Assembly (NCBI GenBank): GCA_965215195.1
Contig: CBDCDC010000002.1
Location: 2,880,001 to 2,944,000, forward strand
DNA length: 64,000 bases
Source: Candidatus Latescibacterota bacterium
Lineage (GTDB): Bacteria; Latescibacterota; UBA2968; UBA8231
Direction: 5' to 3'
Positions 46,101 to 55,327 of this stretch are shown here, in pieces. A program made the position numbers and the translations under genes. The notes under the pieces are model-generated. The model ran no database searches. It was not told the DNA's origin and saw only the letters and a program-made list of their open reading frames with translations. Each line of letters starts with the position of its first letter. The stretch's first letter is position 1.

Positions 46101-47300
46101 ATGGAAATGAGCAAAAAGAAAATCGCGGCGATCATCACCGAATACCGCCCCAGGTCGCACGCCGACGTGATCGTCTCCAAGTTCCTCAAGGGCTTTCCCA
46201 CAGACGAGGGCTTGTGTGCGCCGAGGGTCGAAATCGCGTCTATGTACATCGACCAGTTCCCGGAAAACGACATGGGACGGGCGATGGCCCAAGAGCACGG
46301 GGTGCCGATTTTTAACAGCATCTCGGCGGCATTGTGTCTGGGGGGACAAGAGCTAGCGGTGGATGGGGTATTGTCCATCGGCGAGCACGGGGACTACGCT
46401 TGGAACGAAAAGGAGCAGCAGCTGTATCCGCGCCGCTACTTTATGGAGCAAATCTGCGGGGTGATGGCAACGGCGAAGCGAGGGGTGCCGGTGTTTAACG
46501 ACAAGCACTTGTCCTATAGCTGGACCGATGCGCTGTGGATGTACCAACGGGCGCAGGCGTTGGGGGCGGCGTTTATGGGCGGGTCTTCGCTGCCGGTGTG
46601 TTGGCGGCAGCCTTGGGTTGAGCACGAGTTGGAAACCCCTGTGGAGGAGGCGTTGGCGATCGGGTTTTCTGGGCTGGATATCTACGGGTTCCACACCCTC
46701 GAAGTCCTCCAGTGCATGGTCGAGCGGCGGCAAGGCGGCGAGACCGGGGTGGCCGCGGTGACCTGTCTGGAGGGGGAGGCCGTGTGGCGGGCCGCCGATG
46801 AGGGATTGTGGTCGCGGGACTTGGCAGAAGCGGCCTGCGCGGCAATTGCCGACAAGCCCGAGGGGTCGATGGAGGAGCACTGCCAAAACCCGGCGCTTTT
46901 TGTCGTGGAATACAGCGATGGCTTGCCGGGGGCCGTGCTGATGCTCAACGGCTACGTTCGCGACTTGGCGTATGCGGCGCGGGTCGGCGGACAGGTGCAA
47001 GCCTGCGAATTCTACGCCCAAGGGCACGGCGGGCCGGACGGGGCGTACGCGCATTTTAGCTACCTGTCGCTCAACGTCGAAGAGATGTTCCTGAGCGGCG
47101 CGGCCCAGTATCCAGTTGAGCGCACTTTGCTGACCAGCGGCATCCTCGAAGCGGCACTGACGTCGCGCTACGAGGGCTACAAGCGGCTGGAGACGCCGTG
47201 GCTGGACGTGGAATACCGGTCGTATGATACGTTGCGCTGGCGACCGACTGGGCCACGGCCGACTGGATCTTGCTTGGATCCGTGGCCGCCGAGCGCGTGA
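46101..47300 (+). CDS. Conserved hypothetical protein, Gfo/Idh/MocA-like fold
   Basis: IAAIITEY...HADVI, DGVLSIGEHGDY, FNDKHL, MGGSSLP, YGFHTLE, YPVERTLLTSG. Confidence 0.75.
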   Translation: MEMSKKKIAAIITEYRPRSHADVIVSKFLKGFPTDEGLCAPRVEIASMYIDQFPENDMGRAMAQEHGVPIFNSISAALCLGGQELAVDGVLSIGEHGDYAWNEKEQQLYPRRYFMEQICGVMATAKRGVPVFNDKHLSYSWTDALWMYQRAQALGAAFMGGSSLPVCWRQPWVEHELETPVEEALAIGFSGLDIYGFHTLEVLQCMVERRQGGETGVAAVTCLEGEAVWRAADEGLWSRDLAEAACAAIADKPEGSMEEHCQNPALFVVEYSDGLPGAVLMLNGYVRDLAYAARVGGQVQACEFYAQGHGGPDGAYAHFSYLSLNVEEMFLSGAAQYPVERTLLTSGILEAALTSRYEGYKRLETPWLDVEYRSYDTLRWRPTGPRPTGSCLDPWPPSA

Positions 47301-47383
47301 GCGGTAGACCTCGGCGGCTTGCTAGCCAGCTCATACATGCTACCACTCCCCTAAGGATCAGCCTGTACACTTGTCTGAACAAC

Positions 47384-47408
47384 GGGCGACTACAAGGGTC
47401 GCCCCTAC
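47384..47408. repeat. REP-like element (GTAG-type on minus strand)
   Basis: gggcgac-tacaagg-gtcgccc followed by ctac. Confidence 0.65.
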
Positions 47409-47547
47409 ATAAATGACGTGTTCAGAGCTTGAGCCCCGCCCCTGCTGTTCACGCCAGCTTCATCCGCTGCGCTCAGCGACGGGGATCGCGCACAGGAAGG
47501 ACAAAACTGGTTTTTGGCTTTCACCTAATCCAAGGAGGGATACCACG

Positions 47548-48582
47548 ATGCAACATCTCGCCACAATCGCGCTGGCCTTGGTGGCCGGCGCGGCCTTCGC
47601 CCAAGAGCCAATGGGCGACCCGTCGATCATTGCCAAAGATGCCCAACTCGAAGTGCTCTTCGACGGCGCGTTCTTTTCCGAGGGGCCGGCCGTGGCCCCT
47701 GACGGCTCGGTTTTCTTTAGCGACATTACCTTTTCCAAGAAATCGGGGATGCAGGCCGGGCATATATGGCGCTACGATCCCAAGAGCGGCAAGACTGCGA
47801 TCTTCCGCTCGCCCAGCGGCATGTCCAACGGGCTCAAGTTCGACGCGCTGGGCCGGCTGATCGCCGCAGAGGGCGCTGATTTTGGCGGGCAGCGCGTGAC
47901 GCGCACCGACCTTACAAGCGGCAAGGCCGAGATCATCGCCGGGCTGTACGAGGGCCGCCCCTTTAACGCCCCCAATGACATTTCCATTGACGAGAAGGGC
48001 CGCATCTACTTCAGCGACCCGCGCTATCTGGGGCACGAGCCGCTCGACCAGCCGGTGATGGGGGTGTACCGGATTGACCCGGACGGCACTATCGAGCGGA
48101 TCATCACCGACGCCGGCAAGCCCAACGGCGTCTGCGTTGCCCCGGACCAGCAGTCGCTCTACGTGGTGAGCAACGACAACGGCAATACCGGCATCTTCCG
48201 CTTGGAAGGTACGCCCGCGCACAAGGGCCGGATGGCGCTGTTGGCGTACGACTTGCACCCCGACGGCACGGCCACATTCCGCGAGGTGCTGGTCGATTAC
48301 TACCCAGAAGATGGGCCGGACGGCCTAGTCGCCGACGTCGATGGCAACCTGTACGTGGCGGTGCGCGATGTAACGCGCCCGGGCATCGTCGTGTATGCGC
48401 CCAGCGGCGAGGAATTGGCCTACATCCCCACGCCCGAAGTTCCGACCAACACGGCGTTTGGTCGCGGTGCAGAGAGCAAGACGCTCTACGTCACCTACGG
48501 AGGGGGTGCGCCGCCGGAAAACCCTGGCATCTTGGCCAAGATAAAGGTCAATAAGGACGGATACCACCTGCCGGCCCCGTGA
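47548..48582 (+). CDS. Exported SMP-30/gluconolactonase family protein
   Basis: AAGGAGG RBS, signal peptide, FSEGP, SNGL, FNAPND, PNG, PDGL..D.DGNL. Confidence 0.9.
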   Translation: MQHLATIALALVAGAAFAQEPMGDPSIIAKDAQLEVLFDGAFFSEGPAVAPDGSVFFSDITFSKKSGMQAGHIWRYDPKSGKTAIFRSPSGMSNGLKFDALGRLIAAEGADFGGQRVTRTDLTSGKAEIIAGLYEGRPFNAPNDISIDEKGRIYFSDPRYLGHEPLDQPVMGVYRIDPDGTIERIITDAGKPNGVCVAPDQQSLYVVSNDNGNTGIFRLEGTPAHKGRMALLAYDLHPDGTATFREVLVDYYPEDGPDGLVADVDGNLYVAVRDVTRPGIVVYAPSGEELAYIPTPEVPTNTAFGRGAESKTLYVTYGGGAPPENPGILAKIKVNKDGYHLPAP

Positions 48583-48586
48583 TGCG

Positions 48587-50296
48587 ATGACTTCTTTAGA
48601 CTGGGCCGTCGTCTTGGTCCTCAACGGCGGCATTGTCGCCTACAGCCTGATTGCCTTCCGCAACAAGGGCGAGAGTTTCGACTGGTACCTCGCGGCCAAA
48701 TCCATGCCTTGGTGGGTGATTGGGCTGTCGGCGTTTGGCACGGCCGTCGATAGCGGCGATTACGTCGGCATTGTCGGCGGATCGTACAAGCTCGGGCTGT
48801 CGCAACTGGCGCAGTGGTGGCTGGGCATTGCCGTGGGCTGGACCGTGCTCAGCTTCTTCGTCATCGTGCCGATGTACCGCTCTGGGGTTTTTACCAACGC
48901 CGAGTGGCTGGAGTTCCGCTTCGGGCCAGCGGCCCGCCTGCTAGCGGTCTTGATCAACGTCCAGTCGCGGACCAACGTGCTGGGCAACATCTTCTTTTCC
49001 ATGTTCTTGGTGCTCAATGTCATTGCCGGAATCGAGGATACGACCTGCTGGTTGGTGGTGGTGGGCGTGGCACTTAGCTCGGTGCTTTACATCGTGCGCG
49101 GCGGCTTGCGGGCCGGGGTCCTGACCGACGCGCTACAAAGCGCGACGATGATCGTGGCCTCTTTTGTGCTCTGGGGATTCGTCTATTCGGGGCTGGGCGG
49201 TTGGGACGGGGTGGCGGCGCGGCTGGAGGCCGTGGAAGAAGGGCTGGCGGATACGCTGCTGCACGTGGGAGGCTATTCGCCGCCCGGTGTGCCTCCCTTC
49301 ATAGTGATATTCGGCTTTTTGGTGGTGTTGACTACGTATGCGATTATCAACCAGTATGAGGCCATTCGCTTCCTCGGTGCGCGCTCGGAGTGGGACTTCA
49401 AAATGGCCGCGCTGGTGGCCAGCATCGCCACGGCGATTTGCCTGTTCTTCAACGTCAGCTTGGGGCCGATGGCGCGGGCGCAGTTTCCCGGCTTGGAAAT
49501 CGTCGATCAGGCCTATCCGCTGATGATCGAAGCGCACCTACCCGCTGGGCTGGTCGGGCTGGTGGTCGCCGGGCTGGTGGCAGCCGGGTACTCGACCTTT
49601 GACTCCATCGGCATTGGCATTTCCTCCCTCTTCGTGCGCGACGTGTACGCGCGCTTTATCGTCAAGAACGCCACGGATGCGCACTACACCAAGGTGGGGC
49701 GAATCTCAGTGCCGATCATTCTGGCGCTGGGCTTTGTCTATGTGCCCTTTTTGGGCGAGAAGGGGATGCTGCTGTTCTACCTGCGGCTGGCCGGGGCCAT
49801 TGCCGTGCCCCTGATGACGGTCATTTTGATGGGGGTTTTCACGCGAGTACACCGCGAGACCGGGATCGTCGGCTTGCTGGTGGGCTTAGGCTACGGGATG
49901 TCGGCGATATTGGCCGACTTCAACGAGTGGCCGCTGCCGGTGTGGTACCAGAATACGTGGTGGACCTACCTGTGGAATTTGGTGCTGCCTGCGCTGAGCA
50001 TGCTCATCGCTTCAAAGGTGATCGACTGGCGGCGCGGTCCGGTGCGCGACGAAGAATTGCGCGGGCTGATTTACGTCCGCCGCGAAGACCCGGCCGCATT
50101 GCGGCAGCACATGGGCCAGCGGCTCGCGGCGCTGGAAGGCACTTGGTTGCAAAAGACGCTAATGGAAGCCCCGATTCGGCCGGAGTACCCTTTTGCTGTA
50201 GGAGCGGATGGTCCGCGCTGGTACTTGCGGCCGGGGGTGTGGATCGGGGTTTATTTGGCCGTGGCGAGTATTCTACTTTTCGTGGTGTTATGGTAG
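48587..50296 (+). CDS. Sodium:solute symporter (SSS) family transporter
   Basis: WYLAAKSMPWW.IGLS, EWLEFRFG, GGLRAGVLTDALQ, GLVGLVVAGL.AA..ST. Confidence 0.9.
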   Translation: MTSLDWAVVLVLNGGIVAYSLIAFRNKGESFDWYLAAKSMPWWVIGLSAFGTAVDSGDYVGIVGGSYKLGLSQLAQWWLGIAVGWTVLSFFVIVPMYRSGVFTNAEWLEFRFGPAARLLAVLINVQSRTNVLGNIFFSMFLVLNVIAGIEDTTCWLVVVGVALSSVLYIVRGGLRAGVLTDALQSATMIVASFVLWGFVYSGLGGWDGVAARLEAVEEGLADTLLHVGGYSPPGVPPFIVIFGFLVVLTTYAIINQYEAIRFLGARSEWDFKMAALVASIATAICLFFNVSLGPMARAQFPGLEIVDQAYPLMIEAHLPAGLVGLVVAGLVAAGYSTFDSIGIGISSLFVRDVYARFIVKNATDAHYTKVGRISVPIILALGFVYVPFLGEKGMLLFYLRLAGAIAVPLMTVILMGVFTRVHRETGIVGLLVGLGYGMSAILADFNEWPLPVWYQNTWWTYLWNLVLPALSMLIASKVIDWRRGPVRDEELRGLIYVRREDPAALRQHMGQRLAALEGTWLQKTLMEAPIRPEYPFAVGADGPRWYLRPGVWIGVYLAVASILLFVVLW

Positions 50297-50324
50297 GCAT
50301 TAGATGCGACGGAGGAGAGCAATT

Positions 50325-51407
50325 ATGCCGGTACAGACGTTGGACGATCTGCTTAAAGAAATCAGAGAAGATTCTAGTATTTCTAACTTGAACGAAGCAG
50401 ATGCCAAAAGAAGGATTATTGAGCGTATCTTGAGTTTGCTTGGTTGGGACATTTACGGCCCTGAGATTAAGGCAGAGTATGGCGTTGGAGAACGAAGAGT
50501 TGATTATGCCTTACAAATCAATGGCGAAAATAAAGTATTTCTTGAAGCGAAGAAACCGGGAGAGAATTTGGACAATCACCAGAAGCAACTCCTCGATTAC
50601 TCCTTTGAGAGAGGTGTTAAGCTAGCTATTTTGACCAACGGAACTGAATGGTGGTTCTATCTTCCATTGAAAGAAGGTGATTGGAACGACCGCCGATTTG
50701 ATACCCTAAACCTTTTGCAACAAGATATAGAGGGTATCACTAAAAAATTCGATCTTCTACTTTCACGACAAAATGTTGATTCTGGAAAAGCGGTTCAACA
50801 CGCCGAGTCTATTTTGGAGAGACGCCAAAAGGAGAAGCTCTTCAGAGAAAGCCTGCCCAAAGCCTGGAATAGGATCATTGAGAATAGTGACCGCGACTCA
50901 TTATTGGTAGATCTACTAAAAGAAACAACGGAGGATATTGGTGGCTTCAGATTAGAGGAGAGTGAAGTTGGGAAAATTTCGCAGTTTATTCGTTCGCATC
51001 AGAAAAAGTGGATACTCTCCCCTGAACAGCAAGGAATAGATCCACCACCAGTAAAGTACGCTAAAGCCAAAACCGGAAACCATGAGAGAGCTCAACAGAT
51101 GCAGATTGACGATAGGCATTATAAATTAGCGTATGCTTTTGAAGTATTGGTAAATACTGCGAACTGGCTTATTGACAAAGGAAACTTGAAATCGTCAGAC
51201 TGTCCTATCGCTGTAACTCGAGGCGACAAACGAGTGTTAATTAATCGCAAACCTGAACATCCATCAGGTCGGGAATTTTTTGCTCCGAAAGAGCTAAAAG
51301 GTGGTCTCTACATTGAGGGGAATGTTGCCCTCAAAGAAGCTATCGAATATTCTAAAAGATTACTTAAAAAATGCGGATGCGATCGAGAAATGCTAAGAGT
51401 TTATTAA
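50325..51407 (+). CDS. HsdR N-terminal-like PD-(D/E)XK restriction endonuclease domain protein
   Basis: NEADAK..IIE.IL..LGWD, RVDYAL, LEAKK, QL..Y, ILTNG.EW.FY; AT-rich islet; GGAGGAG RBS. Confidence 0.85.
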   Translation: MPVQTLDDLLKEIREDSSISNLNEADAKRRIIERILSLLGWDIYGPEIKAEYGVGERRVDYALQINGENKVFLEAKKPGENLDNHQKQLLDYSFERGVKLAILTNGTEWWFYLPLKEGDWNDRRFDTLNLLQQDIEGITKKFDLLLSRQNVDSGKAVQHAESILERRQKEKLFRESLPKAWNRIIENSDRDSLLVDLLKETTEDIGGFRLEESEVGKISQFIRSHQKKWILSPEQQGIDPPPVKYAKAKTGNHERAQQMQIDDRHYKLAYAFEVLVNTANWLIDKGNLKSSDCPIAVTRGDKRVLINRKPEHPSGREFFAPKELKGGLYIEGNVALKEAIEYSKRLLKKCGCDREMLRVY

Positions 51408-51499
51408 GGGATGCCCCTACATGATGGCGATTATCGCTAGCTCGTCGGTTGCAATCGTCAACATCCCCTACCACCCACTCACCCCCTTTTGACGCGCTC

Positions 51500-53848
51500 A
51501 TGGCACACACCGCAGACCTCACCCCTGTCGAGCGCCGCGCCGTAGCCGCCTCGCCCTTCGACGCGCTCTATCCGCCGACCGAAAAGATCAAAACCATTGT
51601 GGTGGAGAACTTCCCAGGGCTGGGCAAGCTGGCGGCCATGCGCTTCGTCGAATGGGTCCAAGAGCACCCCGAGGGCGTGATCTCGCTGCCAACGGGCAAA
51701 ACCCCGCAGTACTTCATCCGCTGGGTTGAGCGGCTGATGCGGCATTGGGACGAAGCCGAGATCCAGCGCATACTCGCAGAAGCCGGCGTTGATCCGACGC
51801 ACAAACCGGACCTGCGCGGCCTGCACTTCGTGCAGATCGACGAGTTCTATCCAATGGACCCCCAGCAGGACAACAGCTTCTACAGCTATGTAAACCGCTT
51901 CTACATCGATGGCTTTGGGCTCGACCCGGCAAAAGCACTGCTGATCAATTGCGCTGAGATCGGCTTGCGGCCCGGCCAGACCCTGAACGAGGTGTGGCCC
52001 GATGGCGCGGTTGACTTGTCGCTGCGCTACCGGCCCGCCCGCACCTCGTTGGAGCAAGTGCAGCAAGACGCGCTGCAAAGGATTGACCAGTGGTGCTTGG
52101 AATACGAGGAGCAAATCCGCGCCCTTGGCGGCATTGGCTTCTTTTTGGGCGGCATTGGCCCAGACGGGCACATTGGCTTCAACGTGCGCGGCTCAGACCA
52201 CTTCTCGACCACATGGCTGACCGAAGTCAACTACGAGACGCAAGCGGCCGCGGCCGCCGATCTCGGTGGCATGGAGGTAGCGCGCAAGCGGTTGGTCATT
52301 ACCATCGGCCTCGGCACCATCACCGCCCGTCCCGATGCCTGCGCCGTGATTATCGCTGCGGGCGAAGCCAAGGCGGGAATTGTCGCGGCCGCCATTGAGG
52401 AAGCGGCCGACGTGCGCTATCCAGCCTCGGTTCTGCACCGCCTGCCACGTGCGCGATTTTACATTACGCGCGGCGCGGCCAAGTTGCTGCGGGTGCGGCA
52501 GCGAGTGCTTTTGCAGCAGCCGGAGGCCATCGACGACGAAGCAGTGGAAAAGATCGTCGTTGAGCTGGCCGGCAAATTGGGCAAGAAGGTCGTCGATTTG
52601 ACCGCGGCCGAGCTGGAGCAGGATGCGCTAGGCGCGGTGCTTTTGCAGCAACGCACCGAATCGGTTGAGGCCCTGACGCGCATGGTGTGCAACCGCTTGC
52701 TCGGCAAGATCGAGCGGGGCAGCCAAACCCTTTCCGGTACGCGCTTCCTCCACACCGAGCCGCACCACGACGACCTGATGCTGGGCTATCTGCCCTATAT
52801 CGTCCGCCACGTGCGCGACGCCACCAACGTGCATTATTTCGCCTGCTTTACCGGCGGCTTCACCGCGGTGACCAATCGCTTTATCGAGGACCACATTGAG
52901 CGGCTGCGGCGCTTTTTGTCCAGTGCTGCGTGCGCTGCGCTGTGGGCGCAGGGCTACTTTGACCCCAGTTGCGAAAACGGCCGCAACCGCGATGTTTGGC
53001 AGTACCTCGACGGAGTCGCGGCCGCAGACCCGCTCTTGTGCGACGAGGGGGCGGCGCGGCGCTTTTTGCGGAACCTCGTCGCCCTGTACCACGTTGAGGA
53101 CTGCGAGGGGATTGAGGCGCGGTTGGCCGAGTTAGAGGCCTACTTCGCCAGCCATTACCCAGGCCAGAAGGACGCGCCGGAGGTACAGATGCTCAAAAGC
53201 AAATGTCGCGAGTGGGAGGCCGAGTGTCTTTGGGGGTATTTTGGCTGGGACTGCGCCAATGTCAAACACCTGAGCCTCGGCTTTTACACCGGCGACCTCT
53301 TCACCCAAGAGCCGACGCTCGAAGGCGATGTGCCGCCGGTACTCGACCTCCTCAGGCAAGTAGCGCCCGACGTGGTCGGCGTAGCCCTAGACCCGGAGGC
53401 CAGCGGGCCGGACACCCACTACAAGGTGCTACAGGTGATCTCCGAGGCACTCCGCCGCTACGAGCGGCACAGCGGGCGTTCCGATATCAAGGTCTGGGGC
53501 TACCGCAACGTGTGGTACCGCTTTGACCCCAGCGAGGCCGATATTTTCGTGCCGGTTTCGCTCAATATGTTCTCGGTCATGCACAGCGCTTTTATGAACA
53601 CCTTTGTCTCCCAGCGCAGCGCCTCGTTCCCCAGTTACGAGCACGACGGCCCCTTCTCCGAGTTGGCGCAGCAGGTGCAGGTCGATCAGTACCAGAAGAT
53701 CAAAACCTGCCTCGGCCACGAGTGGTTCCACGAACACCCCAGCCCTCTAATCCGCGCCACGCGGGGCCTCGTCTTCCTCAAGGAAATGGATCTGGCCGAA
53801 TTCTACGAGCGCAGCCGAGCACTCAAACAGGCGGCCGAAAACCGCTGA
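51500..53848 (+). CDS. nagB: Glucosamine-6-phosphate deaminase fused to a PIG-L/LmbE-like domain
   Basis: SLPTGKTP, QIDEFY, GGIGPDGHIGFN, ITIGLGTI; C-terminal EPHHDD and GPDTHY. Confidence 0.82.
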   Translation: MAHTADLTPVERRAVAASPFDALYPPTEKIKTIVVENFPGLGKLAAMRFVEWVQEHPEGVISLPTGKTPQYFIRWVERLMRHWDEAEIQRILAEAGVDPTHKPDLRGLHFVQIDEFYPMDPQQDNSFYSYVNRFYIDGFGLDPAKALLINCAEIGLRPGQTLNEVWPDGAVDLSLRYRPARTSLEQVQQDALQRIDQWCLEYEEQIRALGGIGFFLGGIGPDGHIGFNVRGSDHFSTTWLTEVNYETQAAAAADLGGMEVARKRLVITIGLGTITARPDACAVIIAAGEAKAGIVAAAIEEAADVRYPASVLHRLPRARFYITRGAAKLLRVRQRVLLQQPEAIDDEAVEKIVVELAGKLGKKVVDLTAAELEQDALGAVLLQQRTESVEALTRMVCNRLLGKIERGSQTLSGTRFLHTEPHHDDLMLGYLPYIVRHVRDATNVHYFACFTGGFTAVTNRFIEDHIERLRRFLSSAACAALWAQGYFDPSCENGRNRDVWQYLDGVAAADPLLCDEGAARRFLRNLVALYHVEDCEGIEARLAELEAYFASHYPGQKDAPEVQMLKSKCREWEAECLWGYFGWDCANVKHLSLGFYTGDLFTQEPTLEGDVPPVLDLLRQVAPDVVGVALDPEASGPDTHYKVLQVISEALRRYERHSGRSDIKVWGYRNVWYRFDPSEADIFVPVSLNMFSVMHSAFMNTFVSQRSASFPSYEHDGPFSELAQQVQVDQYQKIKTCLGHEWFHEHPSPLIRATRGLVFLKEMDLAEFYERSRALKQAAENR

Positions 53849-53862
53849 GAAAGGAACCGATA

Positions 53863-54366
53863 ATGTTCAGCGAAAAAATACAACAAGCCCTCAACGATCA
53901 GCTTAACGCCGAATTTTTCTCGGCCTATACGTACCTGTCGCTGGCAGCCTACTTTGAGGACCTCGACCTCAATGGTTTTGCCCATTGGATGAAGATCCAG
54001 TACCAAGAGGAGTTAATGCACGCGGAAAAGATCTACGCCTTCATCAACGACCGCGACGGCCGCGTGCGCTTGCAGGCCCTCGCCGCACCGCACAGCGAAT
54101 GGGACTCGCCGCTAGACGCCTTCAAGTGCGCCTTGCAAAGCGAGCGGGCTTTGAGCGAGAAAATCTATGCGGTAGTAGATGAGGCCCTCGCCGAGCGCGA
54201 CCACGCCACGCACACTTTTATGCAGTGGTTTGTCAACGAGCAGGTGGAGGAGGAAGCCATCGTCCGCAATATCGTCAGCGATATGGAGCTGATTATCGAA
54301 AGCCGCGACGGGCTTTTTCTGATGGATCGGGACCTAGCGGGAAGGAGGCCGCAGGGCGAGGAATAA
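53863..54366 (+). CDS. ftnA: Non-heme ferritin
   Basis: LNDQLNAEFFSAY.Y, QYQEE..HA, DHAT..FMQWFVNEQVEEE. Confidence 0.93.
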   Translation: MFSEKIQQALNDQLNAEFFSAYTYLSLAAYFEDLDLNGFAHWMKIQYQEELMHAEKIYAFINDRDGRVRLQALAAPHSEWDSPLDAFKCALQSERALSEKIYAVVDEALAERDHATHTFMQWFVNEQVEEEAIVRNIVSDMELIIESRDGLFLMDRDLAGRRPQGEE

Positions 54367-54399
54367 AACGAGACCGGCGTCGCTGGCAATCGCCGTGCG

Positions 54400-55317
54400 C
54401 TACGGTCGCGGCAGGACGACAAACCCCACTGAATCCACCGACGCCGAACCAAACAGCCCGATACCCCCGTCCACCTGAAAGAACGGCCGCTCGAAATTGT
54501 CGCCGGCCATCCCCCCAAAGCCGCCCTGTTCCTGCTGGTCGGGGCTGGAGCGGGCGTACTCGAACCAGTTGTGATCGAGTGCGTACACTTTTATTAGCGA
54601 ACGCCCAGTATAAACTACGGCGAACCACGGCCAGCGCACGATTCCGTCGCTGGCGGCGAAGGGGGGCGATTGGTTGGCCCGCAAGTCCTCCGGGGTCCGG
54701 TCGTATATCTCTGGGAGATCCTTGTAGAGCAATTGCGCGTCCTCTGCCAAGGTGAAGAGCGCCGCTTGGTAGGCTTCCCCCGCCTTTTCCAAGTGGAGTT
54801 CGATTATGCCCTCCAGATGAGTAAGCTGATTCTCCGGTGCCGTGTACACCTCGTCCCCAAGCTCGGCAAATGACTTGAGGGTTCGCACAATTTCTTCGGT
54901 GTCTTCGTCCAATAAAACCGCTTGGCGCACCCCCAGTTGTTCGGGCGTGGTGGTGCTCGCCCGGACCGTCTTTCCCTCGACTTCTACTTCTAGCCGGTAC
55001 TCGGTCAGGGGTTCCACTTGGGGGGGCTCTGATGGTGGCAGATAGCGGCCGGGCGTGGCCGGGTCGGGTGCGTACTCGAAGCTCTGGTCTCCCCGGAAGA
55101 TGTGCACCCGGGCGTTAGACACCCCCACCGCATCCCGACTGTAGACTTGGCCGGGAGGCAAGGTGCGGCGCACGAACAATTCGGGTAGGGGCCGATCCAC
55201 TAGCAGAATCCCGTCCACCACCAGCTCGTTACCTTCTTCTACCGAGCCGAAGAGATCGCCTGGCTGGCGCTCGGCAGCGCAGGCTGTCAGGCACAGGACG
55301 ATGAGCAAATAGCGCAC
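54400..55317 (-). CDS. Lipoprotein partner of the TonB-dependent receptor (DUF4249-like)
   Basis: Lipobox LTAC; LVVDGIL, PGRY, YRLEV, VDGGIGLFGSA. Confidence 0.75.
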   Translation of the reverse strand: MRYLLIVLCLTACAAERQPGDLFGSVEEGNELVVDGILLVDRPLPELFVRRTLPPGQVYSRDAVGVSNARVHIFRGDQSFEYAPDPATPGRYLPPSEPPQVEPLTEYRLEVEVEGKTVRASTTTPEQLGVRQAVLLDEDTEEIVRTLKSFAELGDEVYTAPENQLTHLEGIIELHLEKAGEAYQAALFTLAEDAQLLYKDLPEIYDRTPEDLRANQSPPFAASDGIVRWPWFAVVYTGRSLIKVYALDHNWFEYARSSPDQQEQGGFGGMAGDNFERPFFQVDGGIGLFGSASVDSVGFVVLPRP

Positions 55318-55327
55318 GATTTCCTCC

